Positions 10,918-24,566 of a stretch of DNA of 64,000 bases are shown here, in pieces. The DNA comes from Nitrospirota bacterium. GTDB taxonomy: Bacteria; Nitrospirota; Nitrospiria; Nitrospirales; NS-4. Positions within the stretch are counted from its first letter, which is position 1, and every line of letters begins with the position of its first letter. The position numbers and the translations under genes are program-made. The DNA lies in the NCBI GenBank assembly GCA_963788195.1, contig CAWBGA010000017.1, positions 32,001 through 96,000 of the forward strand, written 5' to 3'. The notes below the pieces were generated by a model. The model was not told where the DNA came from, made no database searches, and worked only from the letters and a program-made list of their open reading frames with translations.

Positions 10918-11538
10918 TCAGCCAGGGCCACGCGCGGGATCAGCAGCCTCGAGCACGGCGGAAAGGACCGCGGGAGCCTCGGACCCGGCACGAACCACAG
11001 CACTGATATTCGCGGCGGTGATGCCTCCGATCGCCACAATGGGAAGCCGGACACGCGACCGGACCTCACGGAGGCCTTCAAGACCTACCACCGGCTCCGG
11101 ATTCGGCTTTGAGCGCGTCGGAAAGATCGGACCAAAGCCGATATAATTCGCCCCTAACGCCTCCGCCTCTAGCGCTTGCGCAACGTTATGCGTGGAGATC
11201 CCGATCAGCATGCCGGGACCGAGAAGCGCTCGCGCCTCCCCTAACGGAAGATCCTCCTGCCCTAGATGCACGCCATCCGCGCCGACAGCCAGAGCCACAT
11301 CGCAGCGATCGTTCACGAATACCCGGCCACCGGCCGCGTGGATACGCGGCGTCAACCGGAATGCCTCGTTATAGATTTCACCGGTATGAGGGGTCTTCAT
11401 GCGCAGCTGAAACACCCGCACACCCGAGTTCAGAGCGCTAGTGACAATCTCGTCGAGCGACCGGCTCCCGGCTACAGTGGGATCAAGAATAAGGTAAGGT
11501 GCCCCCGGAAAAAGAGGCTGGCTTGGCGTCTGTTTCAA
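10918..11538 (-). CDS. thiE: thiamine-phosphate synthase
   Basis: QLRMK, VNDRCDVA, GVHLGQED, GISTHN, AIGGI. Confidence 0.93.
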   Translation of the reverse strand: MKQTPSQPLFPGAPYLILDPTVAGSRSLDEIVTSALNSGVRVFQLRMKTPHTGEIYNEAFRLTPRIHAAGGRVFVNDRCDVALAVGADGVHLGQEDLPLGEARALLGPGMLIGISTHNVAQALEAEALGANYIGFGPIFPTRSKPNPEPVVGLEGLREVRSRVRLPIVAIGGITAANISAVVRAGSEAPAVLSAVLEAADPARGPG

Positions 11539-11549
11539 GGCGAGGACGA

Positions 11550-12898
<1,349 letters not shown>

Positions 12899-12899
<1 letters not shown>

Positions 12900-13438
12900 T
12901 ATGCCTCCGGCTTCGCGCCCGCCTCGATCAGGAACAGTGGCTCTCCAAATTCAACGGGCTTTGCATTCTCAAGAAGAATCTTCACCACGCGTCCGTCGAC
13001 TTCCGACTCGATTTCATTCATCAGCTTCATGGCTTCAACGATACACAGGACATGGCCTTTTCTGACATAGGCACCCTCTTCGACATATGCCTCGGTGTCG
13101 GGGGAGGCGGATCGGTAGAAAATGCCGACGATGGGAGAGGTGACGGTCAATAGCCCCGCGCTCTCAGAAAGTGAAGGTGTCTGGATGGGCGCCGGCAGCG
13201 TGCGAGTTTGATCGGGCACCTGGACAGACACTTCTCTAATGGGAGACGGCGCAGCGGCCTCCTCCCTCCGCAGTCGGACTCGAAGCCCCTCACGCTCGAT
13301 CTCAAGATCCGCGAGCCCCGCCGTCTGGAAAATATCGATCAGCTCTTGCAACACCTTGGGATCGATAAGGGCGTCCGCGCGCGGCTTGGGCGGCGCTTTG
13401 CTCTCCTTTCGGGCAGAGGTCGAGGGGTGTTTTTTCAT
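12899..13438 (-). CDS. accB: biotin carboxyl carrier protein
   Basis: EAMKLMNEI biotinylation motif. Confidence 0.95.
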
Positions 13439-14001
13439 TAGGCTCGCTCTACAAACTCACGGGTCCGGCTGTCGACTCTGACGAGGACTCCCTCATCAAG
13501 ATAGAGGGGCACCTTGATCGTCGCGCCGCTTTCCAGAACCGCCGGTTTGGAGCCGCCGGACGCAGTGTCCCCCCGCACGCCTGGGTCAGTCTTCACGACC
13601 CTCAGTTCGACGAACACCGGCAGCTCCATACCGATGGGAACGGTGTTGTGGAGCAAGATCGTCACCGTCATGTCCTCCTTGAGGAGGTCCCAGCCGTCAC
13701 CCAGTTGCTTTCGACTAAATGTGAGCTGCTCGTAGCTCGTGGTATCCATGAAGGTGTATTCTTCGCCGGCCGCGTATAGAAACTTCATGTCCTTCTCGTC
13801 CAGATCAGGCGTCTCGAGCTTTTCGCCGGATCGGTATGTTCGCTCGATGACATTCCCTGTCCGGAGGCTCTTCAGTTTCGTCCGGACAAAGGCGCCTCCT
13901 TTCCCAGGTTTCACATGTTGAAATTCGACGATCGTGAACGGTTCACCATTCAACTCAACCTTCGATCCGTTTCGAAATTCCGACGTGCTGATCACAGGCA
14001 T
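13438..14001 (-). CDS. efp: elongation factor P
   Basis: [25 protein letters not shown]. Confidence 0.97.
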   Translation of the reverse strand: MPVISTSEFRNGSKVELNGEPFTIVEFQHVKPGKGGAFVRTKLKSLRTGNVIERTYRSGEKLETPDLDEKDMKFLYAAGEEYTFMDTTSYEQLTFSRKQLGDGWDLLKEDMTVTILLHNTVPIGMELPVFVELRVVKTDPGVRGDTASGGSKPAVLESGATIKVPLYLDEGVLVRVDSRTREFVERA

Positions 14002-14464
14002 ATCCTTCTGTCAGGCTTCTTACCACGTGAGCTCGCTTCACATGCATGATGGCGGCTCGCAGTCCCAGAACGTAGCTGTTCGCGCCGAACCCTGAGATTT
14101 GGCCCACGGCGACCCCGGCGATGTAAGAGTGCTGCCTGAACTCTTCCCGGCCATAAATATTGGAGACATGCACTTCGATCGTCGGCATGGCGACACCCAC
14201 GATGGCGTCGCGCAACGCGATACTTGTATGCGTCAGGCCCCCCGGATTAATCACCAGAGCGTCGAAGGCGCCGGCCGCTTTCTGAATCCAGTCCACCAGC
14301 TCGCCTTCGGCGTTTGATTGATGGATGGTGAGCTCCACTCCCTCGGCTTTTGCCAGAAGCTCCAGGTCGCGATTGATGGCCTCGAGAGTCACGCTGCCGT
14401 ATACACCGGTTTCCCGTGTACCTAACAGGTTCAGATTAGGGCCGTGCAGCACGAGAATCTTCAT
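13955..14464 (-). CDS. aroQ: type II 3-dehydroquinate dehydratase
   Basis: [18 protein letters not shown]; the 3' end overlaps efp and may be extended by an error. Confidence 0.94.
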   Translation of the reverse strand: MKILVLHGPNLNLLGTRETGVYGSVTLEAINRDLELLAKAEGVELTIHQSNAEGELVDWIQKAAGAFDALVINPGGLTHTSIALRDAIVGVAMPTIEVHVSNIYGREEFRQHSYIAGVAVGQISGFGANSYVLGLRAAIMHVKRAHVVRSLTEGYACDQHVGISKRIEG

Positions 14465-15363
14465 CAGAGTCGTCGGCGTGCTCGAATCACTTGCAGCCAG
14501 CCTTCCAGTCGCCGTACCTGGTTTTTGCGTTGAGCGTTTTCACCCGGCCCGCCCGGAAGTCTCATCTCACCCGCCTGCCCCAAGCCTGCCGAGACAGGCT
14601 TTTCGCCCGTTGGACGGACTTCTTGTCCCATGGACAGCGCCTCTTGCGGCAGAGTCAAAGCCGCCGACGCCGATTCGGACGATCGCGTCGCCTCAAGGGC
14701 TGCTGGATGCTCCAAAGCCTCTATACGCTCCCGGTACTGCTTGTTTTGAGGATACTTGGCTGCCAAACGGTGATAAACCAAAAGGCCTTTGTCGTGATAC
14801 CCTTGAAGGATATACAGTTCCGCAAGTGTTTCAGAGTCGATATTTTCAGGTTCCCTCGGCGCCATCATGGCGGGTTCGGGGGCCGACGCCATTACGAGGT
14901 GAGGTGGTCGGAGAACCGACTGAGGAGGAAGATCCTGGAGCGTCGGCGGCGAGGCGGCGTCGCTTGGCGGCTCAGCCTTTGGGGGCTCGCTGACGCGCGC
15001 CGGTAGTTCCTGCAGCTGCTCCAGCAACGTGCGCATCTCAAGATCACGAGGATTGGCTTGAAGAACACTGCGACAGGACTTCATCGCTAACTGAATTTCC
15101 CCGGCCTCCCGATAGATCAAGGCGAGCTTTCGATGCGCCGCAAAATTGTCGGGCACTGAGTTGATGACGTATTCCAACTCAGTCCTCGCGAGCGCCACCT
15201 CTCCGGCAGTCCAGTGGACCTCACCAAGCAGCACCCGCGCGCTCATGAACTGGGGATACTGCTTGAGCCCTTCTTCGAGGGTCATAATCGCCGCGCTAAA
15301 CTTGCCCGCATCAAACAACTGCTTCGCTTGGATCATAAACACCGGTGACATTTCTTTAGCCAT
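14464..15363 (-). CDS. tetratricopeptide repeat protein
   Basis: TPR-like helices and the C-terminal [12 protein letters not shown] motif. Confidence 0.8.
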   Translation of the reverse strand: MAKEMSPVFMIQAKQLFDAGKFSAAIMTLEEGLKQYPQFMSARVLLGEVHWTAGEVALARTELEYVINSVPDNFAAHRKLALIYREAGEIQLAMKSCRSVLQANPRDLEMRTLLEQLQELPARVSEPPKAEPPSDAASPPTLQDLPPQSVLRPPHLVMASAPEPAMMAPREPENIDSETLAELYILQGYHDKGLLVYHRLAAKYPQNKQYRERIEALEHPAALEATRSSESASAALTLPQEALSMGQEVRPTGEKPVSAGLGQAGEMRLPGGPGENAQRKNQVRRLEGWLQVIRARRRL

Positions 15364-15366
15364 ACA

Positions 15367-16683
15367 TCACCTCGCTGGGTTGTGGGGGTCGCGGCGCCGT
15401 CCGGAGGCCCCCTTAGAAACAGCACGAGAGCACATAGAAAACTTTGGTAGCCGTTGCACCGCATTCAAAACACAATGCGCCACCTGTCGTTTCAACATCA
15501 GGGGAAGGTGTTCGGCCTGTCCTCCTGGGGCAATCAACGTGACTCGGTTTGTGTCCGTCCCAAATCCGGCTCCTGGTTCCCGGACATTATTGCCCACAAT
15601 GAGGTCGAGTCTTTTGTCTATGAGTTTGCGGCGGGCACGCTCAACCAACCCCTTTGTCTCGGCGGCAAATCCGACGACGACTTGCCGTGGACGCCGCTCC
15701 GGCAACTCCATGAGAATATCCGGAGTGGGCTCAAGCGCGAGGGTCAGCGGGCCTTTGATCTTGGCGATCTTTTCCGAGGACGTCTGAACCGGACGAAAAT
15801 CGGCGACCGCTGCGGCCATGATCAAGACATCCGACTCAGGGAAGTGAGCCATCACGGCCTTCCTCATTTCCTCCGAGGTTGTAACGGGCACGAAGGCAAC
15901 CTGGTGAGGGGGAGTAAGCTGGGTCGGCCCTGCTACAAGAGTGACCTCCGCCCCACGATCACGCGCGGCTTCCGCCAGAGCCCATCCCATTTTTCCCGAG
16001 GAGCGATTGGAGAGAAACCGGATCGGATCCAACGATTCCTGGGTCGGCCCGGCGGTGATCAGTACACGGCGCCCGCGAAAATCCTTGTGAGGAGTGAAGG
16101 CTGCCGCGATCGCCGCAATGATGGCACCTTCCTCCGGAAACCGCCCTTTTCCAACGCGCCCGGAGGCTAGGGGCCCGGTATCAGGCTCCATGACCGTCAC
16201 GCCTCGCGCCCGTAGTGTCCGCACATTTTGTCGCACAGCCGGGTGGTCCCACATGCCGCCATCCATCGCCGGAACGACCAGGAGAGGGCACTCAGCCGCG
16301 AGGATCATCGTGCTGAGCAGGTCATCCGCAAGACCGAGGGCAAGTTTGGCAAGACAATGGGCGGATGCCGGAGCAACGATGATGATGTCGGCCCCCTCGG
16401 CCAGCGCCAGATGAGCCATCGCGCCAAGCCCCTTGTCGTACGCCACCCCATCGCAGGCCACTGGACGTCCGGTAAGCGCTTGGAACGTCAATGCCCCCAC
16501 GAATTGCTGGGCCGTGTGCGTCATGGCGACATCTACCCTCGCTCCCTCTCCAAGCATCCGCCGAACGAGCGACACCGCCTTGTAGGCCGCGATGCTGCCG
16601 GTGACTCCAAGTACCAGCGTCTTCCCCGCCCACGGTCCGGACGGCTTAGTGCCAGGCTGTGGGAATCGTTCAGTCTTCTTCAC
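15367..16683 (-). CDS. coaBC: phosphopantothenoylcysteine decarboxylase/ligase
   Basis: [38 protein letters not shown]. Confidence 0.95.
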   Translation of the reverse strand: MKKTERFPQPGTKPSGPWAGKTLVLGVTGSIAAYKAVSLVRRMLGEGARVDVAMTHTAQQFVGALTFQALTGRPVACDGVAYDKGLGAMAHLALAEGADIIIVAPASAHCLAKLALGLADDLLSTMILAAECPLLVVPAMDGGMWDHPAVRQNVRTLRARGVTVMEPDTGPLASGRVGKGRFPEEGAIIAAIAAAFTPHKDFRGRRVLITAGPTQESLDPIRFLSNRSSGKMGWALAEAARDRGAEVTLVAGPTQLTPPHQVAFVPVTTSEEMRKAVMAHFPESDVLIMAAAVADFRPVQTSSEKIAKIKGPLTLALEPTPDILMELPERRPRQVVVGFAAETKGLVERARRKLIDKRLDLIVGNNVREPGAGFGTDTNRVTLIAPGGQAEHLPLMLKRQVAHCVLNAVQRLPKFSMCSRAVSKGASGRRRDPHNPAR

Positions 16684-17029
16684 CCGGTTCCACCGGCTTG
16701 GAATCGTCCACGATGACGCTTAAATCCTTCTTAATCTCTTTGGCGTCCTCGGCCACAACCCGAGCAACCGTGAGGCGCTCGAGTTCGCGCTCTCGTAGTT
16801 TCTTGGCCTCTTTCATGGCCTGCCGCGCGTCCTTGCCGATTAAGAACTGCACTTGGTTCTTCAGTACTTCCTCCAAGGCAATAGTGGTCGGCTTGGTATG
16901 CTTACTCGGCAATGTGGGCGGAGCGCCCTGCATAAGTTGTCGCGCGCGTTGAGCGGCGACGATGACGAGGCGGCTTCGTGATTGCAAGCCCGGCTCTTCC
17001 CCATTCGGCAACAGCGATAATGCATCCAT
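16670..17029 (-). CDS. rpoZ: RNA polymerase omega subunit
   Basis: SRLVIVAAQRARQL, KPTTIALEE; lies between gmk and coaBC. Confidence 0.88.
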   Translation of the reverse strand: MDALSLLPNGEEPGLQSRSRLVIVAAQRARQLMQGAPPTLPSKHTKPTTIALEEVLKNQVQFLIGKDARQAMKEAKKLRERELERLTVARVVAEDAKEIKKDLSVIVDDSKPVEPGEED

Positions 17030-17640
17030 TACGATTCCTCCTCCGGGCCCGTTAACGCCTGCTCCAACGACGAGAGGTCGAGGGCGCTCGTTCGATTACG
17101 TTCGGCCAAGACAATGGCTTCCAGTTCTTTGTACGCGGACTTAAAGTCGTCATTAATGACGACATACTGATACTCTCTATAGGCTTTGACTTCCTCCTTG
17201 GCCTTCTTCAACCGCCTCGCGATTTCTTCGGGAGGATCCGATTGCCGGTTTTGTAAGCGCCGACGCAGCACAGGCAGCGACGGTGGCAGCAGATAAATCG
17301 ACACGGCGCTCCGCTCCCGTTGTCTAAGTTGAGCCGCCCCCTGAGTATCAATATCCAGGAGCACATCGATTCCTTCCTGGCGCCATTGACGAAGCGGGAC
17401 CCGGGGCGTGCCGTAGAGATGGCCATACACTTCTGCCCACTCCAGAAATCCGTCTGCTTCAATCATTGCCCGGAAGGTGTTCTGATCCACGTAATGATAG
17501 TGCTGGCCCGCCACCTCCGTCGCGCGACGGGGCCGGGTCGTATAGGAGATCGAATACCGGACATCGGGGATGGAGGCCACCAACTCCTGACAGAGGGAGG
17601 TCTTTCCGGTTCCCGATGGAGCCGAGACTACAATGAGCAA
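17029..17640 (-). CDS. gmk: guanylate kinase (true start may be ATG 17680 with a frameshift)
   Basis: SAPSGTGKT, SYTTRPRR, YGHLYGTP, LDIDTQG. Confidence 0.95.
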   Translation of the reverse strand: MLIVVSAPSGTGKTSLCQELVASIPDVRYSISYTTRPRRATEVAGQHYHYVDQNTFRAMIEADGFLEWAEVYGHLYGTPRVPLRQWRQEGIDVLLDIDTQGAAQLRQRERSAVSIYLLPPSLPVLRRRLQNRQSDPPEEIARRLKKAKEEVKAYREYQYVVINDDFKSAYKELEAIVLAERNRTSALDLSSLEQALTGPEEES

Positions 17641-17669
17641 TCCATGCCGACGGCGGACGAGGCGTGGCG

Positions 17670-18567
17670 CTACTCGACATTTTGAACCTGCTCGCGGATC
17701 TTCTCAAGCTCGGCTTTTACGCCAAGAATCTCCTGTGTGACGACAAGGTCCGCCACCTTGGACCCCACGGTGGCAACTTCGCGGTTGATTTCTTGCAACA
17801 AGAAATCAAGGCTGCGGCCTACAGGGGTCGGCTTACGAAGAAAATTACGGAACTGCTGAAGATGACTCTCCAGCCGGGTCAGCTCTTCACTCACATCACC
17901 GCGATCGGCAAGCAAAGCGACCTCCTGGGCAAGGCGCGCCGGATCCAACGCACCGCGACCGGTGGGCGATCCCTCCAGTAGACGATTCACGCGTGTCTGC
18001 AGGCGGGTTGCATGCTCCTGTACGATCTGAGGAAGCCGATGGCGAATCGTCGCAATCCGCTGCTCGATGTCTTTCAGTCTCGTGGTCAGGTCACGCTCGA
18101 GAGCCCGTCCCTCATCGCGGCGCATGCTCAGCAAGGCCCCAAGGGCTTTCTCCAACACTCGCTCCGCGGCGGCTATCGCCCTCTGATCGTCAACCGGTTG
18201 GTCCCGGGTCTTAATGATGTCCCGATACGAGGCCAGGAGCCCCAGATCCACCGAACCGCTCAAGCCGAGATCGCGCTGGAGTTCTTTCAGCAGATGCCAT
18301 GTATTGGCGGGCTAATCCATGGTCCAGTCGCAACACCTCTGGGCTCGCTTCCCCTTCCCCGTTAAAGCTCACGCTGACATCGATACGGCCCCGGCTCAAA
18401 CGGCTCTGCACGCGAGCTTTGAATCGTTCCTCATGCCGCTGCATGACTCTGGGAAGCTTCGTAACAACCTCACAATGCCGGTGGTTGACGGAGCGCGCCT
18501 CCACCACAATCGGCACGGTCTTGTACCGGCCGGCGGCTCGTCCGTATCCTGTCATGCTGCGGATCAC
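17670..18567 (-). CDS. yicC: YicC/YloC family endoribonuclease (frameshift ~18290)
   Basis: IRSMTGYG and RSVNHR in one frame; GRSLDFLLQEINRE and EKIREQVQNVE in the next. Confidence 0.92.
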
Positions 18568-19193
18568 GCGGATCGTTTGCCCTCCCACGGGCACAAGGGA
18601 TTCAACCGGCATTCAAGACATTTTGGCGCGCGTGCCGTGCAGATATGCCGTCCATGCAAGAGCAACTGATGTGAGCCTTGCGTCCAGCGTTCCCGGGGAA
18701 AGACTTTCTGTAATTTCATCTCGATCATCTCCGGGTCATCGGTCGCAACCAGGCCCAACCGTTGGCTGACGCGTTTGACATGAGTATCCACGACAACCGA
18801 GGGGATGCCAAAGCAGTTCCCCAACACGACATTCGCGGTTTTCCGCCCGACCCCAGGGAGCGTGACAAGTTCTTCCATGGTCCGAGGGACCTGGCCTCCG
18901 AACCGATCCACGAGCGCTTTGCCGCACGCAATCAAGTTATTCGTTTTTGCCCGAAAGAATCCGGTCGAACGGATCTCCCGTTCCATCGTCTCCCGGTCGG
19001 CATTGGCATAATCCTCCGCCGTGCGATAGCGAGTGAACAGGGACTTTGTGACCTGGTTCACGCGCTCGTCCGTGCACTGGGCCGACAGTATCGTCGCCAC
19101 TAATAGCTGCAGTGGCGTTGTGTGGTGCAGAGCCGTCTCGGGATGGGCAAACTCCTCATCGAGCCGTGTCAGGAGTCTGGCCCCAATGCCCAT
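18564..19193 (-). CDS. nth: endonuclease III
   Basis: LSAQCTD, LPGVGRKTANVV, VDTHV, C-terminal 4-Cys Fe-S motif. Confidence 0.96.
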   Translation of the reverse strand: MGIGARLLTRLDEEFAHPETALHHTTPLQLLVATILSAQCTDERVNQVTKSLFTRYRTAEDYANADRETMEREIRSTGFFRAKTNNLIACGKALVDRFGGQVPRTMEELVTLPGVGRKTANVVLGNCFGIPSVVVDTHVKRVSQRLGLVATDDPEMIEMKLQKVFPRERWTQGSHQLLLHGRHICTARAPKCLECRLNPLCPWEGKRSA

Positions 19194-19351
19194 ACCTCGC
19201 CTCGAACCTGAGCTTGGTTGATTGTTGAGGAGGATCTAATAGTTGCGACGTCATTTTTCAATCCGCGCGTGCACCGCCCGACGGCAGCGGAGAAGAATAG
19301 CCAGGGTGACACTAATGGTGAATACGTGCCCTGGCTGGAAATCACGTTATC

Positions 19352-20998
19352 TTAGCAGGGGTTACCGTCCCGGGTCAAACTTGATAGCCGTTGTTCGATG
19401 TTATTCACGAGGGGGATCAGAGTGCCGGGTTGCAGTGCTGAAATCGGAGTGCCCCCGAACCGCGTTCCCATCACTACTGATTGCGCCCGATCCACCTGAT
19501 CAGCCTTGTTCAATACCAGGAGCCGCGGCACCTTATGCATCTCGAGATCGGTGAGAATGCGCTCCACGACACCGATCTGATGCTCAAGAGCTGGAGAGCT
19601 GATGTCGGCCACATGCAGCAGGAGGTCGGCATCGTGGAGTTCCTCAAGCGTCGCGCGAAAGGCGCCCATGAGTTCGTCCGGCAGGTTGCGAATAAAACCG
19701 ACCGTGTCGGTAATAATCGCCTCCTTCTCCGTGGGGAAACGTAAGCGGCGGCTTGCCGTGTCCAGGGTCGCGAACGGCCGGTTCTCCACGAGGACGTGGC
19801 TGCCCGTGAGGGCATTTAACAGCGTGGACTTGCCTGCATTCGTATACCCGACAATGGAGACGACGGGCACATTACGCCGCAGTCGCCGACCGCGTTGCTG
19901 TTGCCGGTTTTTGCCGAGGACGTCGATCTGTTTCTCAAGATGTCCGATGCGCTCGCGCACGCGCCGGCGATCGACTTCCAGCTTGGTCTCGCCCGGCCCG
20001 CGTCCCCCGATGCCGCCGGCGAGGCGGGAAAGGGCCGTACCGTGGTCGGTGAGCCGCGGAAGGCGATAGCGAAGTTGCGCAAGTTCCACTTGGATTTTTC
20101 CAGCACGACTGTGCGCCCGACGGCTGAAAATATCCAGGATTAGTTGCGTGCGATCAATGACCTTGAGCTCCGTCATCTCGGCAATCGACGTCGCCTGCGC
20201 AGGAGAAAGATCCTGATCGAAGACAAGGTAGTCAACACCGTGTTGCAGGGCTTTGATGACGACTTCCTTGAGCTTTCCGCTCCCTAACAGGTATTTGGGA
20301 TGGAGAGCTTGTGGCCGCTGGATCACGGTGTCCAACACGCTCAAGCCCGCGGATCCTGCGAGCTCTCTGAGTTCCGTCAGAGAGTCGGCCTGGTCGGCAT
20401 GGCTCTGTTTAGAGACACTGACGAGGATCGCCTGCTCCTGATCTTTTGTCACATGATGCGCCGGGCGCGAGCGTGCGATCTCTTCTTCAAGGGAGCTCAG
20501 GAACTTGCTGAGTTCCACCCGGCAGTCCTGCAACGGGATCGCTTTCCACACCTCGTACGGCTTGCCTGCGGCGTTGGGGGGGAGAATGTTGGCCGCGTAC
20601 AATTGACCCGGCATCCCATCGCGCAACACACCGATCGCAGCAATAAGATCCAAACGCAAGAGCGCGAGGTCCGTCAAATCATCCTGGCTGAGCGGTTCGT
20701 CACGAAGATGTGTATGAACCATGCGAATCCCGCGGAGCGAGCGCCGCCCCAGCCGATAGCCTGACAGGTCCGGCAAGATCACTTCGCGATCGTCCCCGAC
20801 AATGACGTCTTCCACTCCGCCTCGCCGATTGATCAAGAGAGCGATCTGGCGCCCGATTTCCCGTGAGAGCGAAGTGCAAAATCGCGCTAACTCCCAGGAG
20901 ATGACCGCATCTTCGGGGACTCGCCGCCGGTACACGTGCTCAAGGCGACGAAGTTGACTGGGCTTCAAACCGGTGAGATTACCGTGTGGCGCCGAAAT
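19352..20998 (-). CDS. hflX: GTPase HflX, long form (probable ATT start at 20998; ORF track start GTG 21040)
   Basis: GNLTGLK N-terminal extension; GPGETKLE, VGYTNAGKST, DTVGFI, NKAD. Confidence 0.93.
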   Translation of the reverse strand: MSAPHGNLTGLKPSQLRRLEHVYRRRVPEDAVISWELARFCTSLSREIGRQIALLINRRGGVEDVIVGDDREVILPDLSGYRLGRRSLRGIRMVHTHLRDEPLSQDDLTDLALLRLDLIAAIGVLRDGMPGQLYAANILPPNAAGKPYEVWKAIPLQDCRVELSKFLSSLEEEIARSRPAHHVTKDQEQAILVSVSKQSHADQADSLTELRELAGSAGLSVLDTVIQRPQALHPKYLLGSGKLKEVVIKALQHGVDYLVFDQDLSPAQATSIAEMTELKVIDRTQLILDIFSRRAHSRAGKIQVELAQLRYRLPRLTDHGTALSRLAGGIGGRGPGETKLEVDRRRVRERIGHLEKQIDVLGKNRQQQRGRRLRRNVPVVSIVGYTNAGKSTLLNALTGSHVLVENRPFATLDTASRRLRFPTEKEAIITDTVGFIRNLPDELMGAFRATLEELHDADLLLHVADISSPALEHQIGVVERILTDLEMHKVPRLLVLNKADQVDRAQSVVMGTRFGGTPISALQPGTLIPLVNNIEQRLSSLTRDGNPC

Positions 20999-21009
20999 AA
21001 ATCCTCTCC

Positions 21010-22026
21010 TTAGCCCGGACCTGCCTCTCCCAGGTTCCACTGCGGTTGGGGCTCACAGTCCAGGCCGGCGGTCCGGCCCGCGCGAAACAACCGCAATCCT
21101 GCAACCGCGATCATCGCCGCATTGTCAGTGCAGAACGCAAACGGTGGGATGTGCACCCGGCGGCCAGCAGCTGACCCCGAGGTCAAAAACCGTGACCGCA
21201 GCTCGGAGTTCGCAGCCACGCCTCCCGTCACGACCACATCTCGCACCCCCACCTGAGCAGCCGCGGCCAGAGTCTTATCGACCAGAACCTCTACAATGGC
21301 TCGCTGATATCCTGCAGCAACGTCGGCAATCTCATAGATCTCTCCGTTTTTCTCTTGATCGCGCAGGAAGTACAGTAACGCCGTCTTCAGACCGCTGAAG
21401 CTGAAGTTCAAATCCGAGAGTGTGGGATAAGGCTTTGGAAAGCGCCGTTTGGCGGGATCGCCATTCTTGGCCAGCGCGTCTATGATCGGCCCTCCGGGGT
21501 ACCCCAAACCTAGCATCTTCGCGCCCTTGTCAAAGGCTTCTCCGGCGGCATCATCAAGCGTTCGACCCAAAAGCTCCGTCCGATCCCAAGCCCGGACATG
21601 ATAGAGACTCGTATGGCCGCCGGAGGCGATCAGGGCCACAAAGGGAGGGTCCACGGGCGCCGTACACAGTGAAGCCGCACTGACATGGCCTTCCAGATGG
21701 TTCACGGCCACCGCGGGAATACCGGTGGCATAGGCAAGCGCCTTGCCGTAAGCCACCCCCACCAGCAAGGCGCCCATCAGCCCCGGGCCGCTGGTGACCG
21801 CCACTGCGGAGAGGTCCGCCGCACTGATTGCCGCCCGGCTGAGCGCCTGACGCACGACGTCGTCGATCGTCTCGATATGGCGACGGCCGGCCAGTTCCGG
21901 CACGACGCCGCCGAATCGGCTGTGAAGCTCCTGTTGAGACCAGACCACATTGGAGAGAATCGTCGAATCCTCTGCAACGACGGCCGCGGCCGTCTCATCG
22001 CAGGACGTCTCAATGCCGAGTATCAC
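21010..22026 (-). CDS. tsaD: tRNA N6-adenosine threonylcarbamoyltransferase
   Basis: GIETSCDET, HLEGH, SGGHT, DDAAGEAFDK, TDNAAMIA. Confidence 0.96.
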   Translation of the reverse strand: MILGIETSCDETAAAVVAEDSTILSNVVWSQQELHSRFGGVVPELAGRRHIETIDDVVRQALSRAAISAADLSAVAVTSGPGLMGALLVGVAYGKALAYATGIPAVAVNHLEGHVSAASLCTAPVDPPFVALIASGGHTSLYHVRAWDRTELLGRTLDDAAGEAFDKGAKMLGLGYPGGPIIDALAKNGDPAKRRFPKPYPTLSDLNFSFSGLKTALLYFLRDQEKNGEIYEIADVAAGYQRAIVEVLVDKTLAAAAQVGVRDVVVTGGVAANSELRSRFLTSGSAAGRRVHIPPFAFCTDNAAMIAVAGLRLFRAGRTAGLDCEPQPQWNLGEAGPG

Positions 22027-22135
22027 TGTGACGGATATGAAGGGAAATCAGAGAGAGAAGGGAAGTTAATCACTGAGTGAACAGCGGAGGGAGCCTCTCA
22101 GCGAGAGACTCCCTCACATGCTTGGGCAAAAGGCC

Positions 22136-24566
22136 TCATACACCAGCCATCGCTTCTTCTTCGACAAATGACGGAGCCCCGTCTTTGAGAAGAACCTTGA
22201 CCTTATGGCACTCGCGGAACCGTCCCTTGATGAGCTCTTCAGACAAGGGATCTCCGATGTGCTTTTGAATCGTCCGGCGCATCGGCCGCGCCCCGTAATT
22301 GGGCTGGTAGCCTTCCGTCAACAGCCATTCTTTGACTTCATCGGAGACATCAAGCTCCACCCCGCGATCCACCAGCCGTTGGTTCAGCTCGTTCAACAGA
22401 TGATCCACGATCAGAATCAGGTGACTCTTGTCGAGGGAGTGGAACACGACGACTTCGTCGATGCGATTCAGGAACTCCGGGCTGAAGGCATGCTTGAGTT
22501 CGCCCATAACATCATCCTTCAGGCGGCGGCCCGCTTCGCCGAGGTCATCCCGGTGGAAGCCGAGCGATGTGCCTCTCTGGAGATGCTTCGTGCCGATGTT
22601 CGAGGTCATGATGATCACGGTGTTCTTGAAGTCCACCTTGCGCCCCAAGCTATCGGTCAGGACGCCATCGTCCAAGAACCTGCAGGAGGACATTGAACAG
22701 ATCGGGGTGCGCCTTTTCAATTTCATCGAAGAGCACCACAGAATACGGCCGCCTGCGGACTTTCTCCGTCAACTGCCCGCCTTCCTCGTAGCCGACATAA
22801 CCCGGAGGGGCGCCGAATAATCTGGAGCTGCTGAATTTCTCCTGGTACTCCGACATGTCGATTCGGATCAGCGCATCCTCGCTGTTAAACAGGAACTCGG
22901 CGAGCGCCCGGGCCAGTTCGGTCTTGCCGACGCCGGTCGGTCCCATGAAGATGAACGAGCCGATGGGCTTCTTGGCCTCTTTAAGCCCCGCGCGCGAACG
23001 CCGGATGGCGCGTGCCACGGCGGACAGCGCCTCATCCTGGCCCACGACCCGCTTATGCAGCGCATCTTCCATACGCAGAAGCTTGTACGACTCCTCCTCT
23101 TCGAGCTTGAACAAGGGAATCCCGGTCATCTTCGAGACCACGTAGGCCACGTCTTCCTTCGTGATGACCGGCTTGCTCTTTTCCTGATTCTTTTTCCACT
23201 CCAGCTTGGAGTCTTCCAGCAGCTTACGGAGGCGTTCCTCCTCTTCCCGAAACTTCACCGCTTCCTCAAAATTCTGGAGCGCAATCGCGAGTTCCTTTTC
23301 TCGCACCACCTTCTTGAGCTCCTGGTCCATCGCTCGCAAATCGCCCGGCAGCGCGTAGGTCTGCAACTTTGCGCGGGACCCGGTCTCGTCAATGACGTCG
23401 ATGGCCTTGTCAGGGAAGAAGCGATCGGTAATATAGCGGTCCGCGAGCTTCACGGCTTCGGCGATCGCGAGTTCGGTGATCTCAACCCCGTGATGGGTCT
23501 CGTAGCGGTCTCGCAGCCCTCGGATAATGCGGATGGTCTCTTCCACGCTCGGTTGCTGCACGTGAATGGGTTGGAAGCGCCGTTTGAGCGCGCCATCCTT
23601 TTCAATGTGCTTCCGATACTCGTCCAGCGTGGTCGCGCCGATGCACTGAATCTCTCCCCTCGAGAGCGCGGGTTTAAGCATATTCGACGCGTCGATCGAA
23701 CCTTCCGCAGCGCCGGCGCCGACGAGCGTATGCAACTCGTCAATAAAGATAATGACGTTCCCCGCCTGGACTATTTCCTTCATGACGACCTTCAGCCGCT
23801 CTTCGAACTGGCCTCGGTACTTCGTGCCAGCGACGAGGGACCCCAGATCTAACGCGATCACGCGGCGGTTGAGCAAGTTGTCCGGCACCTCGGTGCCGAC
23901 GATCCGTTGAGCCAAGCCCTCGACAATCGCCGTCTTGCCGACGCCGGCTTCGCCGATCAGCACAGGATTGTTCTTTGTACGCCGGCTGAGAATCTGGAGC
24001 ACTCGCTCGATCTCATCCCCACGCCCGATGACCGGGTCGAGGAGGCCTTCCTGGGCCATGCGCGTCAGGTCACGACCGAATTCGTCAAGAGCGGGGGTAT
24101 TGCTTTTTCGGTCGCGCTCACGGGGAGAGCTCTTGCGGAGAAAGGTGACGGTCAGTTGTCGCGCGGTCAGAAGATTTGCGCCCAGGCTGCGGAGGATCTT
24201 TCCACCGATCCCTTCTTCTTCGCGGAGCAATCCTAAAAGGAGATGTTCTCCGCCGATATGATTGTGCCCCAGGAGGCGCGCCTCTTCCACTGCATACTCG
24301 ATAACCTTTTTCACTCGCGGGCTGAATGGAATCTCGCCAAAGGTCATGGTCGTCCCGCCGCCCGGCAGATTGCGCTCGATCTCGAGACGCACCTGCTCTG
24401 AGGACAACCCCATCTTTTTGATGATCATGAGGGCGATCCCGTCGCTTTCTCTGAGGATCGCCAAGACGAGGTGCTCGGTCCCTAGATAATCATTCTGATG
24501 GCGTTCGGCTTCTTCCCGAGCCAATACGATGATTTTCCGGCCTTTATCCGTGAATCTTTCGAACAT
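22136..24566 (-). CDS. clpC: ATP-dependent Clp protease ATP-binding subunit (frameshift ~22680)
   Basis: MFERFT start, Clp-N repeats, [31 protein letters not shown]. Confidence 0.95.
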
